From Macrostomum lignano (lineage: Eukaryota): a stretch of DNA of 64,000 bases. The DNA lies in contig NIVC01003531.1 of NCBI GenBank assembly GCA_002269645.1, forward strand, positions 28,643 through 92,642, given 5' to 3'. The notes beneath the pieces are model-generated. The model had not been told where the DNA came from, searched no databases, and worked only from the letters and a program-made list of their open reading frames with translations. Positions 12,601-24,985 of this stretch are shown here, in pieces. The position numbers and the translations under genes were made by a program. Each line of letters opens with the position of its first letter. The stretch's first letter is position 1.

Positions 12601-15600
12601 AAAATTGTCGGTAAATGTGTCGGTAAAATTGTCGGTGAATGTGTCGGTAAAATTGTCGGTGAATGTGTCGGTAAAATTGTCGGTGAATGTGTCGGTGAAT
12701 GTGCCAGTAAAATTGTCGGTAAGTGTGTCAGTAAAATTGTCGGTGAATGTGTCGGTAAAATTGTCGGTAAATGTGTCGGTAAAATTTTCGGTGAATGTGT
12801 CGGTAAAATTGTCGGTGAATGTGTCGGTAAAATTGTCGGTGAATGTGTCGGTGAATGTGTCGGTAAAATTGTCGGTGAATGTGTCGGTAAAATTGTCGGT
12901 GAATGTGTCGGTGAATGTGTCAGTAAAATTGTCGGTAAGTGTGTCGGTAAAATTGTCGGTGAATGTGTCGGTAAAATTGTCGGTGAATGTGTCGGTGAAT
13001 GTGTCAGTAAAATTGTCGGTAAATGTGTCGGTAAAATTGTCGGTGAATGTGTCGGTAAAATTGTCGGTGAATGTGTCGGTGAATGTGTCAGTAAAATTGT
13101 CGGTAAATGTGTCGGTAAAATTGTCGGTGAATGTGTCGGTAAAATTGTCGGTGAATGTGTCGGTGAATGTGTCGGTAAAATTGTCGGTGAATGTGTCGGT
13201 AAAATTGTCGGTGAATGTGTCGGTGAATGTGCCAGTAAAATTGTCGGTAAGTGTGTCAGTAAAATTGTCGATGAATGCGTCGGTAAAATTGTCGGTGAAT
13301 GTGTCGGTAAAATTGTCGGTAAGTGTGTCAGTAAAATTGTCGGTGAATGTGTCGGTGAATGTGTCAGTAAAATTGTCGGTAGGTGTGTCAGTAAAATTGT
13401 CGGTGAATGTGTCGGTAAAATTGTCGGTAAATGTGTCGGTAAAATTGTCGGTGAATGTGTCGGTAAAATTGTCGGTGAATGTGTCGGTGAATGTGTCAGT
13501 AAATTTGTCGGTAAAATTGTGGGTGAATGTGTCGGTAAAATTGTCGGTAAGTGTGTCAGTAAAATTGTCGGTGAATGTGTCGGTAAAACTGTCGGTAAGT
13601 GTGTCAGTAAAATTGTCGGTAAGTGTGTCAGTAAAATTGTCGGTGAATGTGTCGGTAAAACTGTCGGTGAGGCGCACCTGAACCACAGGCTTGTCGATGA
13701 CGCCGGAGCGCACGAACTCGCAGACGAGTTTCTCCAGGGACAGCAGGTCGCCCAAGGTTGCGGAGCAGATCAGCTGGCTCAGGCTGCCTACGATGGCGGA
13801 CACGCGCAGCTTCTCGGCTTCATCCGGCCCGATGCCGGCGTCCTGGTCGACGAACACCTCGGTGTACATCTTCTCATAGGCGGAGACCACGGCCTGCTTG
13901 ATGGCGGCCTCCTTGGACCAGACCAGGCCCAGCATCTTCTTGAAGCCGGGCGCGCACTCGGCCATGCCCTGCTGGTGGCCGGCCAGCAGGAAGGCCACAG
14001 CCTCGAGGATGTCGCTCTGAGTTGACGAGCCCAGCATGGCAACAACGAACGGTATGGCGGACTTGACCTGCTCCACAAACTGCAGGCTCTGCCGCAGGCA
14101 GGCGATGAGGGTCTGCTGCTTGGCAATCTGGGCGCAGGCCTCCGACTGGCGCGAGTTAGCGGCGTAGGCCTCGCCTGCGGTTGCCGCAAAATAAGGGGGG
14201 TGGGTGTCGTAATCTTAATTGATGATTGATTTATGACTGTCATGGAAGTTGGGGAATGTGCTGAGGTGCTCTGTTTGCTTTCAAATTAGTAATTTTCCAT
14301 TCTAACAAAAAATCCTGATAATGTCCTTAACTGGCTACTGACCAGAGCAGCCAACAGTAGTATTCACTAAACATTTTACAACGACTTCTAACCGAATGTC
14401 ATCCCGAAAATGCTGATTCCATGACCTAAGCATAGAACTGAGAACCGACAAGACAACAGGAAACAAGCTGGAATTTCACAACAATAAGAAATAAAAAATA
14501 GGTAAACTAACGAATTGAGTATAAAATAATATGACACAAGCATATCGCAGATTTTTTACAGCACGACTTGGACACCTGACTGACTAGCTTTACCTTCTCC
14601 ATCCGCCGCAGTTAAGTGGCGCTCTTCAAGACGGGTTTTGCGGAGGGAATTTATCAATTGATTAGCTGGCAGTGAAATATTGGCTGAGTTAGAGATTCGG
14701 CTGAAGGAAGCTCATGGATTAATCATATAAGCACTGGAGCACTGTCTATTATGTATACTAGAAAGCGAGAATGGATGCATAACCCATGACCTACGCATGA
14801 TCCAGAAAGTAGCCCATGACCCACGCATGACCCAGAAAGTATCTCATGACCTACGCATGACCCAGAAAGTAGCCCATGACCCATGCATGACCCAGAAAGT
14901 AGCCCATGACCCATGCATGACCCAGAAAGTGTCCCGTGACCTACGCATGACCCAGAAAGTGTCCCGTAACCTACGCATGACCCAGAAAGTAGACCATGAC
15001 CTACGCATGACCCAGAAAGTAGACCATGACCCATGCATGACCCAGAAAGTGTCCCGTGACCTACGCATGGCCCAGAAAGTGTCCCGTGACCTACGCATGG
15101 CCCAGAAAGTGTCCCGTGACTTACGCATGACCCAAATAGTGTCCCGTGACCTACGCATGGCCCAGAAAGTGTCCCGTGACCTACGCATGGCCCAGAAAGT
15201 GTCCCGTGACTTACGCATGACCCAAATAGTGTCCCGTGACCTACGCATGGCCCAGAAAGTGTCCCGTGACCTACGCATGGCCCAGAAAGTGTCCCGTGAC
15301 CTACGCATGACACAGAAAGTGTCCCGTGACCTACGCATGACACAGAAAGTGTCCCGTGACCTACGCATGACACAGAAAGTGTCCCGTGACCTACGCATGA
15401 CACAGAAGTAGCCTATGATCTACAAATAAGCTGGCCAGGTATCCAAGACCTGCATATGACGATCAAAGAGTCAAAGACTTATCCAGAAGGGCCTGACTTC
15501 CTGCTATCATTTAGACTACCGAAACGAAAGATTTAAAAAGTGTAGCACAGATGAAGATTGCAGGAGCAGGTGCAGACACAAAAACCTGGTTCATGGACAC

Positions 15601-18600
15601 ATTCAACACTCACTCACCCATATAAATGTCTTTCAGCCGGTCTGTCCAGGCCTGAACACGCAACTTCTGCGACTGGGCCTCCGCCTGCGACGCTGAAGCC
15701 GGCTGGCTGTCGCTGTTGGGCACTTCTTCACTGATTTGAGGATGGGAGAGGGGAGATGCGGCAGACATCGTGAGGCTGGTGCAATTGCAGATGTGCGAAT
15801 ATATAGACGACTCTAAAACAATGAGATGTCACGGTACAAGTCGCCAAAGAGTCGAATAAGAGTTAATTTAAAGCGTTTTATTGTCTGCGACCCTGAACTG
15901 ACTTCGGGGCCGTAGATACGCAGCTGAGACGTGCTGGAGTCGCTGTAGAATTTCGTCTAAAGTGCATCTAAAGATGTCACTTAGAGTGACTCTATAGCGA
16001 TTCTTGTCACGGTAACGCTTTCAACAACGGGTATTGTCCATTTTAATGTGCTCTTTAATGTGCTCCATTTTAAAGTTTTTATTTAAAAACGGCCTTTTTC
16101 GGGGCCACCAATCTATTGGGTTTAGTAGGTCATTATGGACAAGCAAGCATACAAACAAACCTTAGAGATTTAGTATATTTAGAAGATCAAGATAACAAAT
16201 AGTGAGACCTACTTATAGTAGTTTGGTTAAATAAAAATTATATCCTGTACGGCTTGCCAATCGCGCGGCACTCACATCCGGGTGGAGAAGATCGGATTAT
16301 CCGTGAAGGCGTCGTGCGCGAGTGCGAACAGCCGAATAGCTCGGGACACTCGGTTCCGCTGGAAATTGTCGTAGATTCGCCTGGCAACCGCCTCGGCCGT
16401 CTCCTCCTCGCCGATGCCCTCTTCCTCCTCGTCTTCGGCGGCTGCGTCGCCCTCGGAGTCGTCGCCGTCGGCTGCCCGAGCGGCGGCGGGGGCTTCGGCA
16501 GCATCGGTGGCTGAAGCGGCGGCCGCCGACCGAACCTGCTGGCTGAGCAGCTGCAGCACCTTGGGAATGATGCGGCGTCGCCAGGTGAGCTCCTTCTGCA
16601 CCAGCTCCGGGTCCTGCGACGCCTCCAGCTCCTGCAGGATCTGGTAGGGAAGCGGAGGGGCGAGTGAGCACCAGTAAAGCTTAATGAGCCTCGGGAGTCT
16701 CATGAGCATTGAATACTTCCAATGATCATCAGGAGTGACTCAAAAGCATCAGGAGTGACTCAAAAGCATCAGGGGTGACTCATAAGCATCAGGAGTGACT
16801 CATAACCATCAGGAGTGAGTCATAAGCATCAAGAGTGACTCAAAAGCATCAGGAGTGACTCAAAAGCATCAGGAGTGACTCAAAAGCATCAGGAGTGACT
16901 CATAAGCATCAGGAGTGAGTCATAAGCATCAGGAGTGACTCAAAAGCATCAGGAGTGACTCATAAGCATCAGGAGTGACTCAAAAGCATCAGGAGTGACT
17001 CAAAAGCATCAGGAGTGAGTCATAAGCATCAGGAGTGACTCATAAGCATCAGGAGTGACTCAAAAGCATCAGGAGTGAGTCATAAGCATCAGGAGTGACT
17101 CATAAGCATCAGGAGTGAGTCATAAGCATCAGGAGTGACTCATAAGCATCAGGAGTGACTCATAAGCATCAGGGGTGACTCAAAAGCATCAGGAGTGACT
17201 CATAAGCATCAGGAGTGAGTCATAAGCATCACAGATGACGCATAATCAACAGAAGAATTGTCGCAAAAGCGCCAGGACTGACCCAACAGCTAAGCCAGCA
17301 TCCTACCTTGACTTCTCTCTCGAAGTCGGCATTGAGCTGGTCAGTGGGCACCCGCACAGCCGGGTTGCACTCCAGCATGGCGGCCAGGATCTTCATGCTG
17401 TGCTTCCTGGCCATGGCGGAGGTGTCCAGCAGCGAGCCCTGCGGCCCGGCGATCAGCTCAACCAGGCGGCCCATTCGCTCGTACGGCAGCGACTTGGCCT
17501 CGACAATCTGCAGCCAGATCTGCAGGCAGCGGGAGCGGACGAATCCGTTCAGATCGTGCACGTGCTCCTCCAGGGTGTCCAGGTAGCGGTCCACCTTGGC
17601 CCGCTGCTTGGAGTCCAGCTCAGAGTTGGATAGGTAGCGCTTGCTCAGGATAGAGGAGATCATGCTCAGCACGCAATTGCGCAGGGAGTACGGATCGCAG
17701 GCAAGGCGCTCCTGCGGATCAAGGCAACCAAAATATGCAATTATGTTTCTAATGCTAATCAGAGTACGCGGATAAAGGATGACGGCACACATCAAAGAGA
17801 GTGGGATGGGGATGGCGGCAGACATCAAAAAGAGAGCGGCGATTGGGATGGCAGCAGACATCAGAGAGTGGGAACTATGATGGCGGCAGACATAGAGTGG
17901 GATGGGGAAGGCGGCAGACATCAAAGAGTGGGATGGGGAAGGCGGCAGACATCAAAGAGTGGGATGGAATGGCGGCAGACATCAAAGAGTGGGATGGAAT
18001 GGCGGCAGACATCAAAGAGTGGGATGGGATGGCGGCAGACATCAAAGAGAGTGGGATGGGGATGGCGGCAGACATCAAAGAGAGCGGCGATTGGGATGGC
18101 AGCAGACATAGAGTGGGATGGGGATGGCGGGAGACATCAAAGAGTGGGATGGGGAAGGCGGCAGACATCAAAGAGTGGGATGGGGAAGGCGGCAGACATC
18201 AAAGAGTGGGATGGGGAAGGCGGCAGACATCAAAGAGTAGGATGGATGGCGGCAGACATTAAAGAGTGGGATGGGGAAGGCGGCAGACATCAAAGAGTGG
18301 GATTGGGATGGCGGCAGACATCAAAGAGTGGGATGGGATGGCGGCAGACATTAGAGAATTATACAAAAAACAAACCTTGAAGTGCGGCAGGCTCTGCTCG
18401 GCAATATCCGGGTGCAGCTGGGTGAACTCAACCAGAAAAGTGCACAGCGCCCCAGTTCCCGCCGTGTTCTTCTCCAAGTCGGCGGATGAGTAGCTGGCCA
18501 GCTCCTGCGGCAGGTGGAGTGAGGCGATTCAGTGTGGAGTTCTGGGTTGGGGGGATTCTCTCAGCGGGTTGGGGGCGATTCTCTCAGAGTGGATTGGGAG

Positions 18601-21371
18601 CGATTCTCTCAGAGTGGATTGGGGGCGATTCTCTCAGAGTGGATTGGGGGCGATTCTCTCAGAGTGGATTGGGGGCGATTCTCTCAGAGTGGATTGGGGG
18701 CGATTCTCTCAGAGTGGATTGGGGGCGATTCTCTCAGAGTGGGTTGGGGGCGATTCTCTCAGAGTGGATTGGGGGCGATTCTCTCAGAGTGGGTTGGGGG
18801 CGATTCTCTCAGAGTGGGTTGGGGTGATTCTCTCAGAGTGGGTTGGGGCGATTCTCTCAGAGTGGGTTGGGGGCGATTCTCTCAGAGTGGGTTGGGGACG
18901 ATTCTCTCAGAGTGGATTGGGGGCGATTCTCTCAGAGTGGGTTGGGGCGATTCTCTCAGAGTGGGTTGGGGTGATTCTCTCAGAGTGGGTTGGGGCGATT
19001 CTCTCAGAGTGGGTTGGGGCGATTCTCTCAGAGTGGGTTGGGGCGATTCTCTTAGAGTGGATTGGGGGCGATTCTCTCAGAGTGGGTTGGGGGCGATTCT
19101 CTCAGAGTGGGTTGGGGACGATTCTCTCAGAGTGGATTGGGGGCGATTCTCTCAGAGTGGGTTGGGGGCGATTCTCTCAGAGTGGATGGGGGCGATTCTC
19201 TCAGAGTGGATGGGGGCGATTCTCTCAGGGTGTGTTGGAGGTGGTTCGGCATTGAAGCGCTAGTTCGCACCTGCAGGAAGGCGGACACGAAGCAGCGCAT
19301 ATCGTTCTGCTGGCCAGCCAGAAAGCCGTTAACCAGGTGCACGACCTGATTGGGCTGAGGCTGCTCGCACATGACCAGCAGCTGGCTCAGCTTGATGGCG
19401 CCCGTCCGGCTGTAGTTGTAGCTGCGCACCAGCCTGGTCAGGATGCTGGTCACGGGTTCGCGCACCTCCTGGATGCGGATGAAGCTAGGGTTGTCCAGCA
19501 CCCGGAAGCACAGGTCTCCAATGAGGTTGACGAAGTCCTCCTCAATGACTGGCGGCTCCCACAGCATGTGCAGCTGCAGCAGGCACAGCTGCTTCACCTG
19601 TTCGACCAGGCCGGAGACTTCGTCGTCCCAGCGCAGGCGGATCATCTCGGCGCAGGCGGCGCTTGACGCCTTCTTCTTGCGGCCCTTCTTGGTGCCCGGG
19701 ATCGGCTTGCCGCTGCCCAGGTCCGCCTCAAACAGCTCCAGCTGCTGCGTCACCAGGAACATCTGGGAGGGGGAGGGTGGCTTGTGTCGCCTGCTAGCTG
19801 GATGTTGGGGGCCTGGCTGCACCTTCAGTGCTTCAGGGTGTCCTGAGTCTGCCTTCAGTGCTTCAGGGTGCCCTGAGTCTGTCTTCAGTGCTTCAGGGTG
19901 TCCTAAGTTTGCCTTCAGTGCTTCAGGGTGCCCTGAGTCTGCCTTCAGTGCTCCAGGGTGCCCTGAGTCTGCCTTCAGTGCTTCAGGGTGTCCTAAGTTT
20001 GCCTTCAGTGCTTCAGGGTGTCCTGAGTCTGCCTTCAGTGCTCCAGGGTGTCCTGGGTCTGCCTTTAGTGCTCCAGGGTGCCCTGAGTCTGCCTTCAGTG
20101 CTTCAGGGTGTCCTGAGTCTGCCTTCAGTGCTCCAGGGTGCCCTGGGTCTGCCTTCAGTGCTTCAGGGTGTCCTAAGTTTGCCTTCAGTGCTTCAGGGTG
20201 TCCTGAGTCTGCCTTCAGTGCTCCAGGGTGCCCTGAGTCTGACTTCAGTGCTTCAGGGTGTCCTAAGTTTGCCTTCAGTGCTTCAGGGTGTCCTAAGTTT
20301 GCCTTCAGTGCTCCAGGGTGTCCTGAGTCTGCCTTCAGTGCTTCAGGGTGTCCTAAGTTTGCCTTCAGTGCTCCAGGGTGTCCTGAGTCTGCCTTCAGTG
20401 CTCTGGGGTGTCCTGAGTCTGCCTTCAGTGCTCTGGGGTGTCCTGAGTCTGCCTTCAGTGCTCCAGGGTGTCCTGAGTCTGCCTTCAGTACTTCAGGGTG
20501 TCCTGAGTCTGCCTTCAGTGCTTCAGGATGTCCTAAGTGCCTTCAGTGCTCCAGGGTGTCCTGAGTCTGCCTTCAGTGCTCTGGGGTGTCCTGAGTCTGC
20601 CTTCAGTGCTCTGGGGTGTCCTGAGTCTGCCTTCAGTGCTCTGGGGTGTTATAAGTCTGCCACACTAAGTCTGTCTTGGAGTGCTTAATGATCTCAAAGT
20701 TTATCTTCAGCGCCTGCGCCAGGGTCTTCAGTGGTCCCTGGTTCCCTTTGTGTGTCCAGTGACGCCAGGGTCTTCAGTGGTCCCTGGTTCCCTTTGTGTG
20801 TCCAGTGACGCCAGGGTCTTCAGTGGTCCCTGGTTCCCTTTGTGTGTCCAGTGACGCCAGGGTCTTCAGTGGTCCCTGGCTCCCTTTGTGTGTCCAGTGA
20901 CGCCAGGGTCTTCAGTGGTCCCTGGCTCCCTTAGTGTGTCCAGTGAACCAAAGCCAGAAATAAATCTGCCTGACTGCCAGACCAACCCACCAGCATCTTC
21001 AGCGCATTCCTGGCGTGGCAGCGCTCATCAGACGACATTCCGGGCGAGTCGCCAGTGACGTCACCGAGCGACTTGGCCAGGCTGACAACGGTGAAGTGAC
21101 AGCACTCGGCCAGGATGTCCCAGGCGTCCTCCTTGGCGGACTGGGCAATGTCCTGCCAGTGGCAGAGCAGGCTGTAGAGCGCATTGAAGCCGTGCAGGGG
21201 GAACAGGGACCGGTGCGACTGCAGCAGGCCGCGGCACTCCTTCAGGCGAGCTGGCAGGCTGTGGGCCCCAAACAGTTCGCTAACATAGAACTGGCGGGGC
21301 GCTCGCTTCTGCAAATCCTCGCGAGCAACTGGGAAGAAAAATTCTGGCACTGACTGACTGCTTGAGCTCAT
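6061..21371 (-). CDS. NCAPD2: condensin I complex subunit 1 (CAP-D2/Cnd1), ~1481 aa, 11 exons: 21371-20991, 19762-19271, 18504-18376, 17711-17307, 16640-16276, 15730-15618, 14174-13678, 10502-10125, 9638-9222, 8466-7819, 6681-6061
   Basis: All 10 introns are GT-AG and phases are consistent (4446 nt in total). Recognised CAP-D2 segments: RNALKMLMFLVTQQLELFE, HVHDLNGFVRSRCLQIW, IRANLIVALGDLAKRFPNLVEPWT..LYGRLRD..VR.NAL..LSHLILNDMIKVKGQISEM, GNALYNVLPDII..LSD, LVEKLC.R. Confidence 0.95.
6729..7700. repeat. 22/23-bp minisatellite GACTATGGGCTTGCTTCAGGGC
   Basis: Tandem array in NCAPD2 intron 10. Confidence 0.95.
7819..8466 (-). CDS. NCAPD2: NCAPD2 exon 10 (Cnd1 domain)
   Basis: Cnd1 HEAT motifs; splice sites. 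Confidence 0.95.
8480..9147. repeat. 25-bp minisatellite GGAGTGAGTGAAGAGTGAGTGAAC(A/C)
   Basis: Tandem array in intron 9. Confidence 0.95.
9222..9638 (-). CDS. NCAPD2: NCAPD2 exon 9
   Basis: AVSVIYTLADSPD..VGHVALKVLVHLE; splice sites. Confidence 0.9.
9735..10065. repeat. 32/33-bp minisatellite GCTGCTGAGGGACTGGAG(A/G)GGGCAGAGCACAG
   Basis: Tandem array in intron 8. Confidence 0.9.
10125..10502 (-). CDS. NCAPD2: NCAPD2 exon 8
   Basis: WDKFA..RAAVILLGMMA; splice sites. Confidence 0.9.
10545..13668. repeat. ~3.1-kb array of 12-bp subunits (TCGGTGAATGTG / TCGGTAAAATTG) with higher-order blocks
   Basis: Fills intron 7; variant units such as TCGTAAG and GATGAATGCG recur at longer spacing. Confidence 0.95.
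13678..14174 (-). CDS. NCAPD2: NCAPD2 exon 7
   Basis: SDILEAVAFL..KKMLGLVWSKE..SLEKLVCEFV; splice sites. Confidence 0.9.
14780..15410. repeat. 30-bp minisatellite CATGACCCAGAAAGTGTCCCGTGACCTACG
   Basis: Tandem array in intron 6. Confidence 0.95.
15618..15730 (-). CDS. NCAPD2: NCAPD2 exon 6
   Basis: ATCAG|T acceptor, G|GTGAGT donor; phases 2/1 match its neighbours. Confidence 0.8.
16276..16640 (-). CDS. NCAPD2: NCAPD2 exon 5
   Basis: Splice sites; phase consistent. Confidence 0.85.
16726..17228. repeat. 20-bp minisatellite AGCATCAGGAGTGA(C/G)TCA(T/A)A
   Basis: Tandem array in intron 4. Confidence 0.95.
17307..17711 (-). CDS. NCAPD2: NCAPD2 exon 4
   Basis: YSLRNCVL..HVHDLNGFVRSRCLQ; splice sites. 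Confidence 0.95.
17782..18352. repeat. ~30-bp minisatellite GGCGGCAGACATCAAAGAGTGGGATGGGGAA
   Basis: Tandem array in intron 3. Confidence 0.9.
18376..18504 (-). CDS. NCAPD2: NCAPD2 exon 3
   Basis: ELASYSSADLEKNTAG..FLVEF; splice sites. Confidence 0.9.
18550..19228. repeat. 24/25-bp minisatellite GGGGGCGATTCTCTCAGAGTGG(A/G)TT
   Basis: Tandem array in intron 2. Confidence 0.95.
19271..19762 (-). CDS. NCAPD2: NCAPD2 exon 2
   Basis: LWEPPVIEEDFVNL motif; splice sites. Confidence 0.95.
19821..20660. repeat. 30-bp minisatellite CCTTCAGTGCTTCAGGGTGTCCTGAGTCTG
   Basis: Tandem array in intron 1. Confidence 0.95.
20717..20945. repeat. 46-bp minisatellite, ~5 copies
   Basis: GCCAGGGTCTTCAGTGG...CCAGTGAC recurs at 20718, 20764 and onward. 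Confidence 0.9.
20991..21371 (-). CDS. NCAPD2: NCAPD2 exon 1
   Basis: ATG 21371; EFFFP..DL; RNALKML|GTGGGT donor. Confidence 0.9.
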
Positions 21372-22219
21372 AGTAGGGCATAAAAATTCAGTAATAAACT
21401 TGAGTAGCACTGCTCATCAAGACTGTGTATTTAGTCTACTAACTTAATTTTAGCCAAAAAAGGTCGTCTGGAAATAAAGTTTATTGTAATTTTTGCAATC
21501 AACTTATGAACTAAATTACTTTGACATTTATACTTAGAAATAGTATGATCAGTAAAAGATAATCTATTATATATTATCAATATTGATATTTATTGATATT
21601 TAAATCTAATCTAATCTAGTTATTAATCTTATGGCTTAGGCCCACAAATACTAGAAAAATTGGATAGGCCAATCAGCACATTTGCATGCAAAGTACTTTC
21701 AGTTCAGTAGTAAGTTAAACTAATGTATTTTAATATATTTTTTAAAGACGAGGCTTATTTATTGGCTATTACCTTCCCCAAAGCTTCAATGCTTAAACTC
21801 CACAGAACCTCTATCCCTGCCCTGCCACCAAAATTTTATTATCTTCCTTGGTTGTTCCAGCCTAAATCTGCCTTGTACATTTCAGTGGCCAATGTACATT
21901 ATGGTTGAACCAATTAGCAAGCTATTTACATCTGCAAGCTTGGGCTTATAAACTTATCAAAGATATCTTAGCTGTTTTTCTTTATAAAATAGCTTTGGTC
22001 TTCTTTTTTGCTACTGAACTTAAAATAGAAAGCTTTTTGCAAAGTATATATGCATGAGTGGCTTATCTAATTATTCTAGTATTTGTGCTTAGGCCTAAGC
22101 ATGAATGAAACAATATATATTAGTTGAACATTTAAATATTTATGTTTATAATTTAGTATAAACTTTTATCAATAAGCCCTATAATATAAAAAACTAGATT
22201 AGCTACTATCTATATATAT

Positions 22220-24580
22220 AATGAGACCAACTCCTCTGCTAGAGAAAGGGAAAAAACACCCATCACTGGAAATCTATTTCCTGAAATCCATCAGCTGAAT
22301 TCCATGACCCAAATCCCATCATCCAACACCTTTCAAAAACAGAAATCCTCTCTGTGAAACCAGACTCAATGGCAATTTTCTCCATCAAACAGAACTCTCA
22401 GGATTCATTAATTAGGGTTAGGATTAGGGTTAGAGCTATTCACAGCTGCCTGTTAAAAGGCGCCACTAAAAACATTGAACCAATTGAATCAATTGATTAT
22501 GCAACTGATTTCTCAGACAATCAGTATCAGTCTTGGTTAAAGTTAATAAAATGATTGCACACCTAAATCAACCCCCCCCCAATACACAGCAACAGACCCC
22601 TTCCAATATGCAGTACAGCTAGAAATTGAACCTCCAAACTCTTGCGGGGTTTTTTGAACCTTCATTGAAGCCCAAAATGGGTACAATCTTTGCAGAAAGT
22701 TAAAAGTATGAAAATTGTTTTTTGAATGTTGTGCTTTTCAATTTCATATTTAAAGAAAACAACTTATATCCCTGAATTCAGCATTTCAAGATCTTTTTAG
22801 AAATATAAGTCTCTCCTCTCAAATTTTAAAATTTGAGGAACAGTTAATGTTTGAACTTCCCAATTTAAAGCATTGAAGTATCTCGTGTACATTCACTTGC
22901 CTGCTAGCTAGTAAAAAGAGGCTTGCAATTTTATTCATTGAATTTCACTGCCTAGCTAATACACAGCCTTTTGAAAAATTCCAATAATAAAACCAATTGA
23001 ATCTCAACACAGTCCTATCTATCTGTTTACACTGTACATTGCTATGTACACTCAGCCCAAACCAACCCCCCTATTCTGCAGGAATCATTAAATTTTACTG
23101 CACCCTAACACGCGGGGGTTTTATTTGCATTGAACCCAGAACACACATCACCTACCCTTCCAATACACAGCAACCTGTGGGAGGAGATTGGGGTGGTTGT
23201 TTTTATAAATATGCCATTACTCCTCCACTGAAGAGGCAAAGTGGCCAAAGAAAGAAGGTTAAAAACAGTTTTCTGCTTTTTTAAGACTTAATTTAAAAAA
23301 ATTCAACATTAAAATAGCCTATTTGTTACATAGGAAACTTTTGCATTGATATATACAAGTCCCGCATTTGAGTTGGTAGCCATCTAGGAGGAGATATGCA
23401 TTAAACCCGGTTAATTTGACCAGTCCACTCAGCTTTAGATATAAGAGAGGCCAACTCCACTGCTGGAGGAGAAAAAGGAAGAACTCCTATCACTGGAATT
23501 CTATTCCCTGAAATCCATCAGCTGAATCCCTCAACCTGAATCCTATCATTCAACTCATCTCCAAAGAATCTCCAAAAAATCCTCTTTGTGAAACTGAACA
23601 TCATCAAAATCCTCTCCACAAAATAGAAATCCTTTTTGTGAGACAAAAAAATTTTTATAAAGCCTCTCCATCAAACAGAAATCAACTCTCTGGACTTAGT
23701 GGCTAGGGTTAGGGTTAGAGTTTGAGCTGCTCAGAGCTGGGCATTCAAATGTGCCGATACTATAAAAATTAAAACAAGTAAAACAATTGATTTCTCCATC
23801 AGTCAGTATCAGTCTCAATTAAAGTTAAAAAATGATTACGCAATCTAAATCAACCCTCCAATACATAGCAACCAACCCCTTCTACTACAGTGGCAGTTAA
23901 AAATTGAAACCCCCAACTAGTGGGGGTCGGTTGAAACCCCATTCAACCCCAAAATGAGTACAATCTTAGCAGAAATTTAAAAGTACAGAAATCATTTTTT
24001 TGAATGTTGTGCTTTTAGATTTTATACTTAAAGCAAAAAACTTATATCCTTGAACTTAGCATTGAAAGATCTTTCTAGCAATAAAGTCTTTTCTCACAAA
24101 GTTCAAAACTCAAGGAACAGTGTTTATGTCTGAAATTGCCCAGTTTAAAGCATTGAATTTTTTTAGTGTACATTCACTGTCTGCTACAGTGAGAGACTTG
24201 CAAGTTTATGCATTGAATTTTACTGTTTGCCAGTTAGCAAGGGTCCAGGTATACACACATAGCCACTTAGAATGCCCCAAAACCCCTACTAGAGAGAAAA
24301 TACACTGCCAAGATAGGAAAAAGTTATGGCATAATCATTCAAAATTGATGCAACTTCAGTTCAGAGCAGGAAAAGTGGCCAAAGAAGGTTAAGAAAACAG
24401 TTTTCTGCTTTTTAACAGACTTAATTTTAAAAAGTTAAACATTAAAATAGTCTATTTGTTGCATAGGAAAATTCTGCATTGATATATATAAATCCCACAT
24501 TTAAGTTGGCAGCCATCTAGGAAGAGATATGCATTAAACCTAGTCAATCAACTAGTCCACTCAGCTTTAGATATGAGATG
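22220..24580. repeat. diverged tandem duplication of a ~1.15-1.2-kb AT-rich unit
   Basis: Matching blocks at 22261/23487 (ATCACTGGAA..CCTGAAATCCATCAGCTGAA) and 23263/24396 (AAACAGTTTTCTGCTTTTT..GATATGCATTAAACC). Confidence 0.8.
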
Positions 24581-24985
24581 AAAAATAGAAGCCTAATTTG
24601 AAAATAATAGAAATCACAAAAATTTAATTTTAATAAGGTCTATATACTTAACTTAAAATGGTTAGGCCCCATAAAAATAATAACTTTGACATATATTGAC
24701 CTAAGAATAAACCTAATTTTAATAGCTTTTTGTTTTTATAAGAAGTTTTAAACCCAAAACACCCTAATCCTAACTATTCCAAAAGTAGTTTAAAAGTAAT
24801 ATCCAAAAAGACCTTATTACTATCATAGTTGCAATACCTTTTTATGAACATATATTTAAACAAAGGAAAGAATCACTAAATAATGGTTTTATATAGCAAG
24901 AAATATTGCCAAAACTTTTAAAATTAGAAAAATAAAAAAATTAAGCCAAAGACAGTTTTATATAACTATTCAACCTTATCTATGG

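Noticed and set aside
11878-14076. 732-aa ORF with (FTDTFTDN)n, and the other long repeat-encoded ORFs in 2.3-20.7 kb
   Set aside because: Read-through from exon 7 past a valid donor (13677) into a stop-free 12-bp minisatellite; the spliced model is complete without it
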